This document shows, one piece after another, positions 29,201-35,830 of a DNA stretch of 64,000 nt. This DNA comes from Candidatus Omnitrophota bacterium (GTDB taxonomy: Bacteria > Omnitrophota > Gorgyraeia > 1-14-0-20-64-10): assembly GCA_023248155.1 (NCBI GenBank), contig JAHFFE010000007.1:4401-68400 (forward strand), read 5' to 3'. Below the pieces are notes generated by a model that searched no databases, was not told the DNA's origin, and saw only the letters and a list, made by a program, of their open reading frames with translations. The position numbers and the translations under genes were made by a program. Position 1 is the first letter of the stretch, and each line of letters opens with the position of its first letter.

Positions 29201-31983
29201 CTGCTTTCCGCGGTAATGTAACGGTGGGTGGCCGGCCGCTGGTACTGCGTTTCAACTCTATTTCAGATCAGGTGATCTCCGCGTCGGCAGTGGTGGGTCA
29301 GCCTGATTCCCGAGTCGCTTCTCTTGGGCAAGGCGGTGAAAATATTCCGCTGGCTGAAGCGCTTACTCAATTAACAGGACCAGATAACGCATCCGTTGCA
29401 ATCACTGCCGCTGATTGGCAGCAAATTCAGCAATCGGCGCAGAATGTTGCCGATGTGCTCAGAACACCGGTGGCCGGCATCGATATGGTACTTGAAACAA
29501 CACCGGATGGTCATATTCGCGGTGTTTTGATTGAAGCCAATGCCCGTCCCGGCACACTGATCTTGGGCGAGACGGTCCAGTTCCCAGCATCGGATGCCGT
29601 TGAGGATGCATCCATTGAAAGCAGTCCGGCCGCCCCGGTCGGCCCGGCATTTTGGACTGCTCTCGGAATTTCCCAAACAACCACGCGACCAACGCCCTCT
29701 TCAATCACTACTTTGTCACAATGGATCGATCTGTTGCGGAGTGGTCGAACCGATTGGATGACACCGCACTATACGGGAGATTTTGAAGCCCATCGGGTGA
29801 TTTTGGATGAATGGATCAGCCAAGCGCTGAAACGGGAAGTCCCGGGAACATCCGGCACTCCGTTGTTTGATCCGAATCGTCCGATCGCTATAACGCGAAC
29901 TCCCGGCCGGTTTCTGTTTCCGGTGACAGGCCGGCATCTGGATTATTTGGGCGGACAGGGCGGATCGATCGGATCACCTACCCAACAGGAAACGGTGCTC
30001 ATTGCGCAGGAAGTGGAAGGGTTAAATGGACAGATTGAAATTTATCAGATAGTTGCCCCTGATCCGTCTGTTGCCGAAGTCTATCCCAATAATGGATTGG
30101 GCGCCAGAACGATTGATCTAAATAGCCCCTTTGTAAATCCAGACCGGCCGATTCGGACGCTGGCCGATTGGGATACCTGGGCCAAAACGGTGACTGATCA
30201 GAGAAGAGTCGCCCGCGCCCCGGATACCAAAGTTAATTACGCGGACGATTTGGCCGCGGCAATCATCGCGTTTGCCCGCACCGAGCTCGGAGATCCTTCA
30301 GGTAAAATCCGCGCTTATCTGGACCGGATTGCCAGTGAAGGTAAGGGTTTTCGGTTTGCGCTGGCCAGCAACCTACCGACTGGCGGCGGATTGAGTTCCT
30401 CGTCGGCGGTGGCGATTGGATTCGCGCAGACATTGGCCCAGCTGGCTGGCGTTCAGTTGACACATGATCAACTGGTTAATTTTGGTTATGCCGAACGATT
30501 TTACGCCGGTACGCAGGGTGGCTTAAAAGACCACGCCCATCTTACCGGCGATACGGGATATCTTGGGGTTGCTCCTACGCGCACCATCGCGACGATGAGT
30601 CCAATTCCAGGCGCGTCGGTGTTGTTGCTCGATTCCGGCGTTTCGCGCGATAGAGCAATAGCCCTTTCTCCCAAACTAGGCAGCAAGGGCAATGACGAAC
30701 AGAATATTAAAGGTCGTACGGCTACTGGCTATGCATTGGTCAATCTCTTGCTGAGGCATATTCATCCTGAGTTAACAGCCCGGATTGCACCCGATACGCA
30801 AAATCCGGATGGTTATCTTCGCAATCTGGTTCCCGGTAATCCGGGTGGAATGTCGGTACAGGAAGTTTACAAATTGCTGGGCGAAATTCCGGCAGAAGGA
30901 CTCACCCGTAAACAAATGTATGAATTAATGCCGGAATTTAAGTCTGATCTTGATCGTTTATTTGCCAAGGGTGAGGAGCCGCCTGAGCCGTACGCGCTGC
31001 GTGAAATGGCATTGTTTTTCTTTGCCGAAGAATCGCGCAACTGGGAAGTGGTTCGCGTGCTTAACGCTTTGAAAGCGGATGAGATTAATTCGGATCAGGC
31101 GTTTGAACGGTTGATTGAAGTCGGACGCGCCGCGCACAATGGCGACCGCGTCACCCGTTATGAAATTACGCCAGGTGATCAGGGTTCTTTGAATGTCAAC
31201 GCGATCGGTTGGGATTGGCATCTTTCCGATCCGACGCTCGATCAGTATATCGCGAACTCTGATTCCAACGAAGCCGCGCTTTGGCGCCAGGCCGGCCGGC
31301 TGGAACGATCGATTGAACCGCTCGACCGGCTGGTGGATCTGGTTGAATATTATAACCAGCAGCATGGTGGAAATTCCGATGTTGCTGTCGTGATGGGCGC
31401 CGGTTTGGGTGGGACCGTCGGCGTTTTGGCCCGTTCTGATTCTGTCGATGGATTAACGCAATTTCTGAACGAGCATTATTACCAGCCGTTAGGCTTGACC
31501 CATGGACCGGTTATCCGCGCGCAAGCGGGTAAGGGTGCCAGTGTATTGGTTTCCCCAACGGCCGGTCTTGAGGAATCGGCTACCAAGGTTGCTGTTCCTT
31601 CGGCTAGCCGGACAGTGTTCAATGGTCTTGGCGTGGTGGCCGGACCGACCACCACCGGATTGCAGTGGGGGTTGGCCATTGCGCGCAATGGTAAACAGCG
31701 CGACGGCCGGCCGGTGCCGGTAGTTTTTCTGGTCAATAACGATGAGCAGCGCGCGCAGTTGACGAAGGCCGGTTTCGGCGATTTTATTTTCACAAATGAA
31801 TCGGAAGCCATCGCGGCGATTACCGGTTATGGCGTTAAACCGGTTCTGGTTGGTGTGGGTCAATCGGTGCCTGAATCGGTATTCGTCTTGTTTGCCGAGT
31901 TATTCGGCATCGAACTTTCTAATGTGCAGGCCGATTTTTGGCAGGGCGCTTATGCTTCCGCGGCGGTCGATGTCAACGCGTAA
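20230..31983 (+). CDS. Giant protein 3 (3917 aa): signal peptide, expanded UDP-glucose/GDP-mannose dehydrogenase-like domain, two ATP-grasp-like domains, GHMP galactokinase-like domain, shared C-terminal domain
   Basis: Dehydrogenase: YGPSRVNLG, EAENLKVSEN, GYCIPKD (Cys 23815), GTYKGD..DVRFS. ATP-grasp: DK...K..SG..LDFL..LEPN and DDK...GIDM..LIEANARPG. GHMP: TPGR..GRHLDY, LPTGGGLSSS, MGAGLGG. Confidence 0.8.
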   Translation: MNLNPKKIISGLIVGTFFFSQVTPSYALRVQQPVGGEAASGLEERLISRPSQGFATRVGAVRGAVQTARRSVGAKQASVAWNLKDGQLSPIAWASGPALPNATTVVPAVLSRAEQGLKWLYGKRSSVAVVENSLRNDLLGDSVSVELRANHGMTLDFDRGDNAVRLDTTIAEELFDSTDIDQNGLSVLYGIGFFYQLQLVAGRSPREAAHLTLALYQNISDTERAALLSVLRSPQIDHGNQWARFFEEGSKPADYRGIDSLELETRLETETNTDTRTALEAVVNHRDKLVSWLLGQQLIDLPYDRTKMLEAMTAFETNVDAGRSLAFEAVKGFDRKVEQANADRVGTMIREEWLPDNMPYPTLLAGRYSRAFGNQGGLAANAVYVEANPGIRDLAQLLETEAKAEQLLAELKALESSVPARALPKFRKAEQRIEALLVQLGPGIARIRLLVSGQAAALTQYKGALQQIRENITIFYREAARVIESARDTANAAGGKGILRRLTQNVSKPFQAAQEKVSEFAAQSGRLATITNDLETAALQAPSQPAAFSVLLQRPSPTGSINFNANELVEKPEQEPALRELARLGGQNSYTSPSYDWVSEATDIIEAAPLFIYERTVVLEDGKSVTVFEVDQEGLEQTVRQMADYWALNIDKTIDSEHLALAREIVVAADPVLSGRAGQLTGQGISVEAAHRQVIYEASEKRPELLRLVGTTAAWLAAEFDRRITEVEKHTEAEWQKDHFIDRMESLRDVVVTGRSPSELLSLAQDAIGSHTAEVDRLTPLALRRRRPMPAFHLLTTQAPGLVQGFFQAVLEEEMALRNVAKAKGLDDEVRDRVKRYQQRIAELGRTVIQEFGYQPILEQKKSELPASMADDEKERQAIQRTIADHMPLQQELAKLAVLVEFAEAEGKPMDPSHPDPSQVEEIISGQTVELTAEAVRAVWQRNQLDPELANKVIALDSTQTDEAAIAQAIHQTPIYEEELQSNIRWLARQRAIDQLSRQHAELYLAEQAKSNGINPPNWYRNHTSLAQTTARREAIAAHNLQGLLMDPRYAYSNGALKETSEGRLRPTGARKRYHLIYGPSRVNLGAGERDSVEVWPQWVGVTDPLAAAHALAFYQLINFNPEVRTIMEAENLKVSENQWTAMVRAVRNAEAYFVGRLGVGDIEDLAHQFNRRNGLPGAWLKDGESYAAGPTTGYCIPKDLLFKMFVATALDGRKMTQIGVPRHLQAGVFKMMSEILAAQANFDTVTDWEAWAAQTMLSESSLRERFGAADGGKLNQLFSQYVSVTGGVTAFHLTKMLQILQMVGVPSPTLVPGKNLHDALWAQWADLKLTLAAEQVNRSLIFPMTREIPDGVAEARRLNPGVNIAAPEQASIHMFGTYKGDDVEAPPPDVRFSWTMRAFMILSGYGKEVALSLDEDGQLLARLSWDGFLPDSTDEEDIKVARFVAQKFAGKDQFGAEDFALVEKLKQDFPHHTTVGNITITVVPGVSAEDLLGFNAETKLLLGDRAAAVRELLISKGINTGQITANAVLRHEFPAEWIPLLDLDAKEQTALKEAVAGGIHPLVLQQRGPGTDFEQDLQAQDVAVFSVTHPGIVTMDPSKLRDLMQLGRPNGLQSALVAHDMVAQGRHRVWFDRDVMLWYAAARGIDAEGNPIQNWSDRDQQGRKAVYKAFGYGEDTYRPLLGTDLRQETARQERRAAELFELVRRVADSDLTTQVTAITALQQQLDELRTQLRTEAELAIKYEQAMLSFRRNKPRDQIIRGSLVALASGKPVEQFDFVDWLAVGGIYLLNGAPQARQDEVRSVFDRAGQKMASGLEENPNVALLIRPRLEPTSLSRAERKGEMFSVKATETFAEKAVARRKGLALQAARQSALQAREEGFRSIEPVNSVDGILPALNEARAALNGMTEQVANRSGNAAQIHRQSGQVMGTAVAVLNRLNQELTPGPDREEVAKKIQALSKGRELDEKAWSSFGGTYEDAGVLARFFEQAGPNRRELVAAAMELLYLTMLIDKTAEFAALPSDDVDARQLWRALSVYYAETLDDHFYEYNPWAFDPKRGSAFVDYYDDVGVLKPEHREELYGLSWAHHRAAYSYIRALVRAKTDYGKLPKEEYNALLGDVTLGATPDQDQLAVQAIGAGAPGPNELFWRAYGQYREIAVMQNDGFGVPVVFDQFDPNTPEVIDAQHRLNFAFVSPVGRTHYSRALMSAAQMGSNIFITRNAVVTEVAGSNGKVATISDAQFWLTEAQYREALIRFRGMAPSDADAQIAQDRAAGRITPLGIRVAARFTQPVVISAGVYLHHHSIEPEWIAAGYPATDKSPVVYEISYDKALYPKIYNPAADTGVNLPPEIDWMQTDTDDRPETDVKQDIAKMLRPFAETHGIIVAKGSSESGARNFRRFDFFNDNGFNEQVLSEAVDFIYEVSKGQNVTIQRAIIVTPIAWMDPSGVNDFVSRQIRDHGVPANIHRYPKDWVYSTQRIIMSAGMPKNLNDLDNPANWEASHPISLSSLQVATNVGRQGTLELLSPDLIRPEFRDQFIQGLQDAGRRSMAAMAKYARQYWHEVYLPAYRAAHDGADPPEFDATGVPYWWPRYLMLDFLAEPVFYRNGVEAVGARVVDVIPGDAARNVSARFVLQDADGNRFDGEIRGFKYWLLEPNVGIGLWPNLWKREELHERARAKADGNRPMDWNQVGVSDRVVLGNYLAAGEAFMKAKFGGDHYGPGGPRRDPPPMGPTSADISPPATAVTFVQPLVTDVTSLQRVEELKLDQDLSHPLAPVIEIQQEPASAEQLRALLPHAQTFAVVTGKRTLMNHHVYPFEVGKGTAAVNVIGVNDEWLTADGKATRLMVYNPETGRYLEFPLEQPVAINSAFIVELPQSREVERHQELTQLLASNGVRVVNQAGEAQRHMDDKAWLRHERIPEVLVPTAMVVEKSSSTGEATLGIIARGSPAGIIIQPRSGTTEGEGVAWFSAADTDGQLAHLRNLLKTGDAMVSAFRGNVTVGGRPLVLRFNSISDQVISASAVVGQPDSRVASLGQGGENIPLAEALTQLTGPDNASVAITAADWQQIQQSAQNVADVLRTPVAGIDMVLETTPDGHIRGVLIEANARPGTLILGETVQFPASDAVEDASIESSPAAPVGPAFWTALGISQTTTRPTPSSITTLSQWIDLLRSGRTDWMTPHYTGDFEAHRVILDEWISQALKREVPGTSGTPLFDPNRPIAITRTPGRFLFPVTGRHLDYLGGQGGSIGSPTQQETVLIAQEVEGLNGQIEIYQIVAPDPSVAEVYPNNGLGARTIDLNSPFVNPDRPIRTLADWDTWAKTVTDQRRVARAPDTKVNYADDLAAAIIAFARTELGDPSGKIRAYLDRIASEGKGFRFALASNLPTGGGLSSSSAVAIGFAQTLAQLAGVQLTHDQLVNFGYAERFYAGTQGGLKDHAHLTGDTGYLGVAPTRTIATMSPIPGASVLLLDSGVSRDRAIALSPKLGSKGNDEQNIKGRTATGYALVNLLLRHIHPELTARIAPDTQNPDGYLRNLVPGNPGGMSVQEVYKLLGEIPAEGLTRKQMYELMPEFKSDLDRLFAKGEEPPEPYALREMALFFFAEESRNWEVVRVLNALKADEINSDQAFERLIEVGRAAHNGDRVTRYEITPGDQGSLNVNAIGWDWHLSDPTLDQYIANSDSNEAALWRQAGRLERSIEPLDRLVDLVEYYNQQHGGNSDVAVVMGAGLGGTVGVLARSDSVDGLTQFLNEHYYQPLGLTHGPVIRAQAGKGASVLVSPTAGLEESATKVAVPSASRTVFNGLGVVAGPTTTGLQWGLAIARNGKQRDGRPVPVVFLVNNDEQRAQLTKAGFGDFIFTNESEAIAAITGYGVKPVLVGVGQSVPESVFVLFAELFGIELSNVQADFWQGAYASAAVDVNA

Positions 31984-34900
31984 TACACTTTTCCAAAAGA
32001 TCTCAGGCGCCGTTCTTATCGGCGCCTTTCTTTTTGTGAACGCGGCGCCGGGTTATGCACTGCGCGCCACTCAGCCGGTAGTGGGCTCCGGTGCCGAAGA
32101 GCTTAGACAAAAACTTTCCGTCAATAATTCCGTTCCTGCTTTTGCCGGACAGGAGGAAACGCCGCCATCGCCGATTATGGGCCATCGTTTGGTGGAGACC
32201 GGAATTCCGGGTTACCGCCGCGTTGTTTATTTTCTGCAGGACGGTTCTTCGTGGAATGGCGGTGTTGTCCGTTCTGATGTCCCTGAAAATGCGATTGCTT
32301 CGACCGCTTATCTAGCCCCGTACAGTTTTGCGGAAGGGGCAGCGGCGCGATTGGAAGATGGCGCGCAGGTGGCAGACGGATCGGCCGTTATTAATTCGGC
32401 GATTCGTTCCGGCGCGAAGTTGAATGGTTCCGTCGCGGAAAATGCGCTGGTTCATCCGGCGGCCTGGGTTTCGTATTCAGCGCTGGGTCCGGCGTTTGAT
32501 GACGACAGCTGGAGTTATTCGCTAGCGACCGAAAGAGACTCCGAGCTTTCAGTTCGCAATCATTTGGCTTTTTTTGCGCGTAATACTTACCGCGTGGAAG
32601 TCGGTTACAACAGTTCGGTGCGCGGATCGGTTTTTCAAGACAGCGCTGTCGGCCCGGACAGTGATATTTTTGGGAGCGCGTTGGTAATCAGCCGCTGGGG
32701 TGAACAGACCCGCATGGACGGCGGCGTAAAATCGTGGCTGGCGGTCGGCGCGCAGGGCCATGCCGATATTGCCGGCGTTCAGCATCGTCCTGACGGGACC
32801 GAGATTCCGGCCGCGCTGGAAATCGCCGAGGCCGCTTATCAGGGATTGCCGGCCGAACAATATCCCGGCACTCAAATTCACGAGCACCATGTCGGTTATA
32901 CAGAGGCGGTTATTACCAACAGCGTACCGTTAGTCGGTTATACCGCCGGGGAATTAACTGTTACACCTTATCTGGTTCCTCCCATAACCTTATTCGGCGA
33001 TTACACAATTTTCTCGATCTTCGCCGGTTCTCCGAATCCACAGGGAATTAAAACTGACGGCAGGCCGACGCCCGGTGTTATTACGCGCTTGACCGGCGGT
33101 CCCGGCGAACAGAGCAGTCAGCATGGCCGGATTATTTCCGACCCGCTTTCAATTCTCCCCGGATTTTCAAATGTGATCGGCCGTCTGCTGGGATTCCCGG
33201 AACTGGATAATCCATTGGCACTGCTGACCGAACCGGAAGTGACGCATCTGGGCCCTCTCTCGGCTGTCGGCGCCGATGCGCAGCTCGGTTTAAATGGTCT
33301 GGAAGGATGGGGGCAGATATTACCGGCCGAAGCGCGCGGCCAGTTAAGCCGCGGTTCCGGCATTGCGCCCTGGGTATTTTTGTATTCTCCCGAGGTTCTT
33401 TTTTCTTTGATGGGTCAGCTGGCTTCCGGTTTACCTGCGAATGATCAGTCCCGGTACGATGATTTGCCGCAGCGGTTACTGGAATCAGGACTGGCCTTAA
33501 GCCGATGGATGCTCGATCAGGAACAGGCAAAAGACGCGCAAGCCAACGCGCAGGTGATTGAACGGCTTGAGCGGTACATCGCTGGTTTTTCGGCATTGAT
33601 TGAGAGCGAGGCCTGGGCCGGAAAATGGGTGCAGGATGGGGAACTGCGTCACCCGGAACAGTGGCAACGCTATGGCGATCGGTGGGAAACCAGTTCTCTA
33701 AATCTTGCAAACATGCATCGTCAGATTCATCCATTTGCCGATTCGGTTCCGTATACGCAAGTTCCTCTTCGTTACTTGTTGGCGGTTCCCGATGGTGTCG
33801 ATCGTCCCGATTGGAGCCAGTGGACCGGCTACTATCTGAAACCCGAAGACCTTCAGACCAGTCCGCCCACACCGCTCGATCAATTAGAGCAGGTGGATGA
33901 ATCGTTAAAAGAATGGAGAATTATCGGACAGGACGCAAAATTTTATTACACGGTCGAGGGCGGCCGGATCGGCCGTGAAGTCGATTTAAAGATGATTCAT
34001 CCTTCTGCGCTGATTGGTCCCGGCACGGTGTTAATCGGAGCGGCCACTTCGGTGGGCGAAGGGACCCGCCTGCTTCGCGTCATTGCCGATAATACGGTAA
34101 TCGGCAGCGAAACCCATCTGACCGCCGTTTATTCCAGAAGCACTGTTTTTGGAAACGGGATTAAACTGACTTGGGCGAAAACGACCCGCCTGGTGAGGAT
34201 TGGAGATGGCACCGTCGGTTCCTATGTCGGCATCTCGGAAGGGAGTGTCGTTGGAAAAAATAATACCTTTGAGCCATTTGCGCTGGTGATTAATTCCACC
34301 ACGGGACCTAATAACGTGATCGGCATTTCGTTGGTGAACAGCCAGGTTCAGCCTGGTTTCATGGGACGGCATCTTTCGACGGCGGTGCATAACCTTCAGC
34401 AGCAATCGGTTCGTTTTCAAGTCAACGGAAAAAACTATGATTTGAAGGCCGCTTCCCTCAATGTGGCTGGTGGGTTGTTCGTTCAGGGCAATGATAAGAC
34501 CCCGGTTCGTTTGAGTTCGGCTTATCCGCTTTCGCTGACAACGATTGATCCGGGGAATGGACAGAAGTTCGCAGTCGGCGCTTTCAGCGTTCTTAAAAAT
34601 CAAATTCGTCTCGACGACGGGCAAATCCTGCCACTGACATTTCATGCGTTCAATCATGTGGCATCCACTGATCCGCTATTTGCCCAGCCGGGCCGGCACA
34701 ACGACTCCATCGGCGGCGCGCTGGAATTCCCGGGAATTTTTCTGCGCAATTTTATCTATCGGACGAAGAAAGGAATTTATGACGATCTGGCCGCGCAGGG
34801 ATTAACGCGCGAGCAGATTCTTGTCCATCCGCGGATGCTGCAGTCCGATTATATGATTGAGGCGACCATTGTCAGCGCGCTGGTGCAGGTAATCAATCAA

Positions 34901-35734
34901 CTGCGCGAGATCGATATGGATGCGTATGATCATTTGGTTGGAACCGGTAATGCGGCGCTGGGCCGGCTGTTAAAATTGGCGGAAGGTGATCTGTCGCAAA
35001 TTGAGCAGGGCGATCAATCTGCGCTAGGTGTTCGAACTCCCCAGCTGCAGGTACAAATTAAAATGGCTATTAGGCAGGTTCAGCAGGCATTGGATTCTTT
35101 GCCGGGAAGCCGTCCTTCCGCCGGCACCGTTTCTTCGTCGGGGCATACGGCCGCGCAGTTATTGGAAGGGGTTGCGCGGTTGTCGCAAAATCTCGATGGC
35201 CGCTGGCGGATGCGCAACCACACGTTTACTGAAGTCGAATGGCGTTACCAGGCGTACGATGCGTCCCGCCGCGCGCGCGATACCTGGGTTCCTGTCTCGA
35301 AACCCGATTCATTGCCGATTCCGCTGCCGGCCGGAGCATTGTCCGAAGGGAAATATCTTTTTATCGCCCCGAGCGTGGCTGTTCCCGAACTTTGGGCTGG
35401 TTTGGGCCGGCTGAAGCCGTCTTCCGGAGAAACAATCGGTCTGGTTATTTTTGGCCGAGATGCCGGTCATCTGGAAACTATTCGGGCAGAGATGATGGGG
35501 TATTCATTTGCGTCATCGGCGAAATTCATCGATCTATCTCAGTACAGCGACGATTTGATGCGGGCGGTTGCGGGTCAGGTGGCTGTGCTGGGCAGTAATG
35601 ATGCATTTGAATACCGGCTGATCCGAACATTCAGCGATCTCGGTGTTATTGGGAAGTTCCTCCAAATTCCGGATATTTCGTTCCGTGCCTGGGAGCGGCA
35701 AATTCAGAACGCCGGGTTCGAAGAATATGTATAA
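31970..35734 (+). CDS. Giant protein 4 (about 1254 aa): signal peptide plus duplicated hexapeptide beta-helix region, paralogous to the N-half of giant protein 2
   Basis: ATG 31970 overlaps the previous stop and gives a signal peptide ending GYALR. Repeats such as IHPSALIGPGTVLIG. PWVFLYSPEV..LPQRLL matches LWVFREHPEV..WPQRML in protein 2. Confidence 0.7.
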   Translation: MSTRNTLFQKISGAVLIGAFLFVNAAPGYALRATQPVVGSGAEELRQKLSVNNSVPAFAGQEETPPSPIMGHRLVETGIPGYRRVVYFLQDGSSWNGGVVRSDVPENAIASTAYLAPYSFAEGAAARLEDGAQVADGSAVINSAIRSGAKLNGSVAENALVHPAAWVSYSALGPAFDDDSWSYSLATERDSELSVRNHLAFFARNTYRVEVGYNSSVRGSVFQDSAVGPDSDIFGSALVISRWGEQTRMDGGVKSWLAVGAQGHADIAGVQHRPDGTEIPAALEIAEAAYQGLPAEQYPGTQIHEHHVGYTEAVITNSVPLVGYTAGELTVTPYLVPPITLFGDYTIFSIFAGSPNPQGIKTDGRPTPGVITRLTGGPGEQSSQHGRIISDPLSILPGFSNVIGRLLGFPELDNPLALLTEPEVTHLGPLSAVGADAQLGLNGLEGWGQILPAEARGQLSRGSGIAPWVFLYSPEVLFSLMGQLASGLPANDQSRYDDLPQRLLESGLALSRWMLDQEQAKDAQANAQVIERLERYIAGFSALIESEAWAGKWVQDGELRHPEQWQRYGDRWETSSLNLANMHRQIHPFADSVPYTQVPLRYLLAVPDGVDRPDWSQWTGYYLKPEDLQTSPPTPLDQLEQVDESLKEWRIIGQDAKFYYTVEGGRIGREVDLKMIHPSALIGPGTVLIGAATSVGEGTRLLRVIADNTVIGSETHLTAVYSRSTVFGNGIKLTWAKTTRLVRIGDGTVGSYVGISEGSVVGKNNTFEPFALVINSTTGPNNVIGISLVNSQVQPGFMGRHLSTAVHNLQQQSVRFQVNGKNYDLKAASLNVAGGLFVQGNDKTPVRLSSAYPLSLTTIDPGNGQKFAVGAFSVLKNQIRLDDGQILPLTFHAFNHVASTDPLFAQPGRHNDSIGGALEFPGIFLRNFIYRTKKGIYDDLAAQGLTREQILVHPRMLQSDYMIEATIVSALVQVINQLREIDMDAYDHLVGTGNAALGRLLKLAEGDLSQIEQGDQSALGVRTPQLQVQIKMAIRQVQQALDSLPGSRPSAGTVSSSGHTAAQLLEGVARLSQNLDGRWRMRNHTFTEVEWRYQAYDASRRARDTWVPVSKPDSLPIPLPAGALSEGKYLFIAPSVAVPELWAGLGRLKPSSGETIGLVIFGRDAGHLETIRAEMMGYSFASSAKFIDLSQYSDDLMRAVAGQVAVLGSNDAFEYRLIRTFSDLGVIGKFLQIPDISFRAWERQIQNAGFEEYV

Positions 35735-35772
35735 TATAGATATAGGTTCGATTTACATTTCTTTAGGTGCCA

Positions 35773-35801
35773 TTGACGAACCATCGGTTATCGGCGATAC
35801 T
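35773..35801 (+). promoter_or_regulatory. Putative sigma70 promoter for the S8 protease
   Basis: TTGACG-17 nt-GATACT upstream of ATG 35831. Confidence 0.5.
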
Positions 35802-35830
35802 TCGAGCAGACAGAGGAGACCAGGACTTTT

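Noticed and set aside
31796-31969. ORF-track N-terminal extension of giant protein 4 (likewise the 14351 and 3419 starts)
   Set aside because: These overlap the upstream gene or promoter; later ATGs (31970, 14387, 3446) give clean signal peptides.
5350-35725. GxEE sites as DNA repeats or recombination sites
   Set aside because: Synonymous codons differ among copies, so there is no conserved nucleotide repeat.
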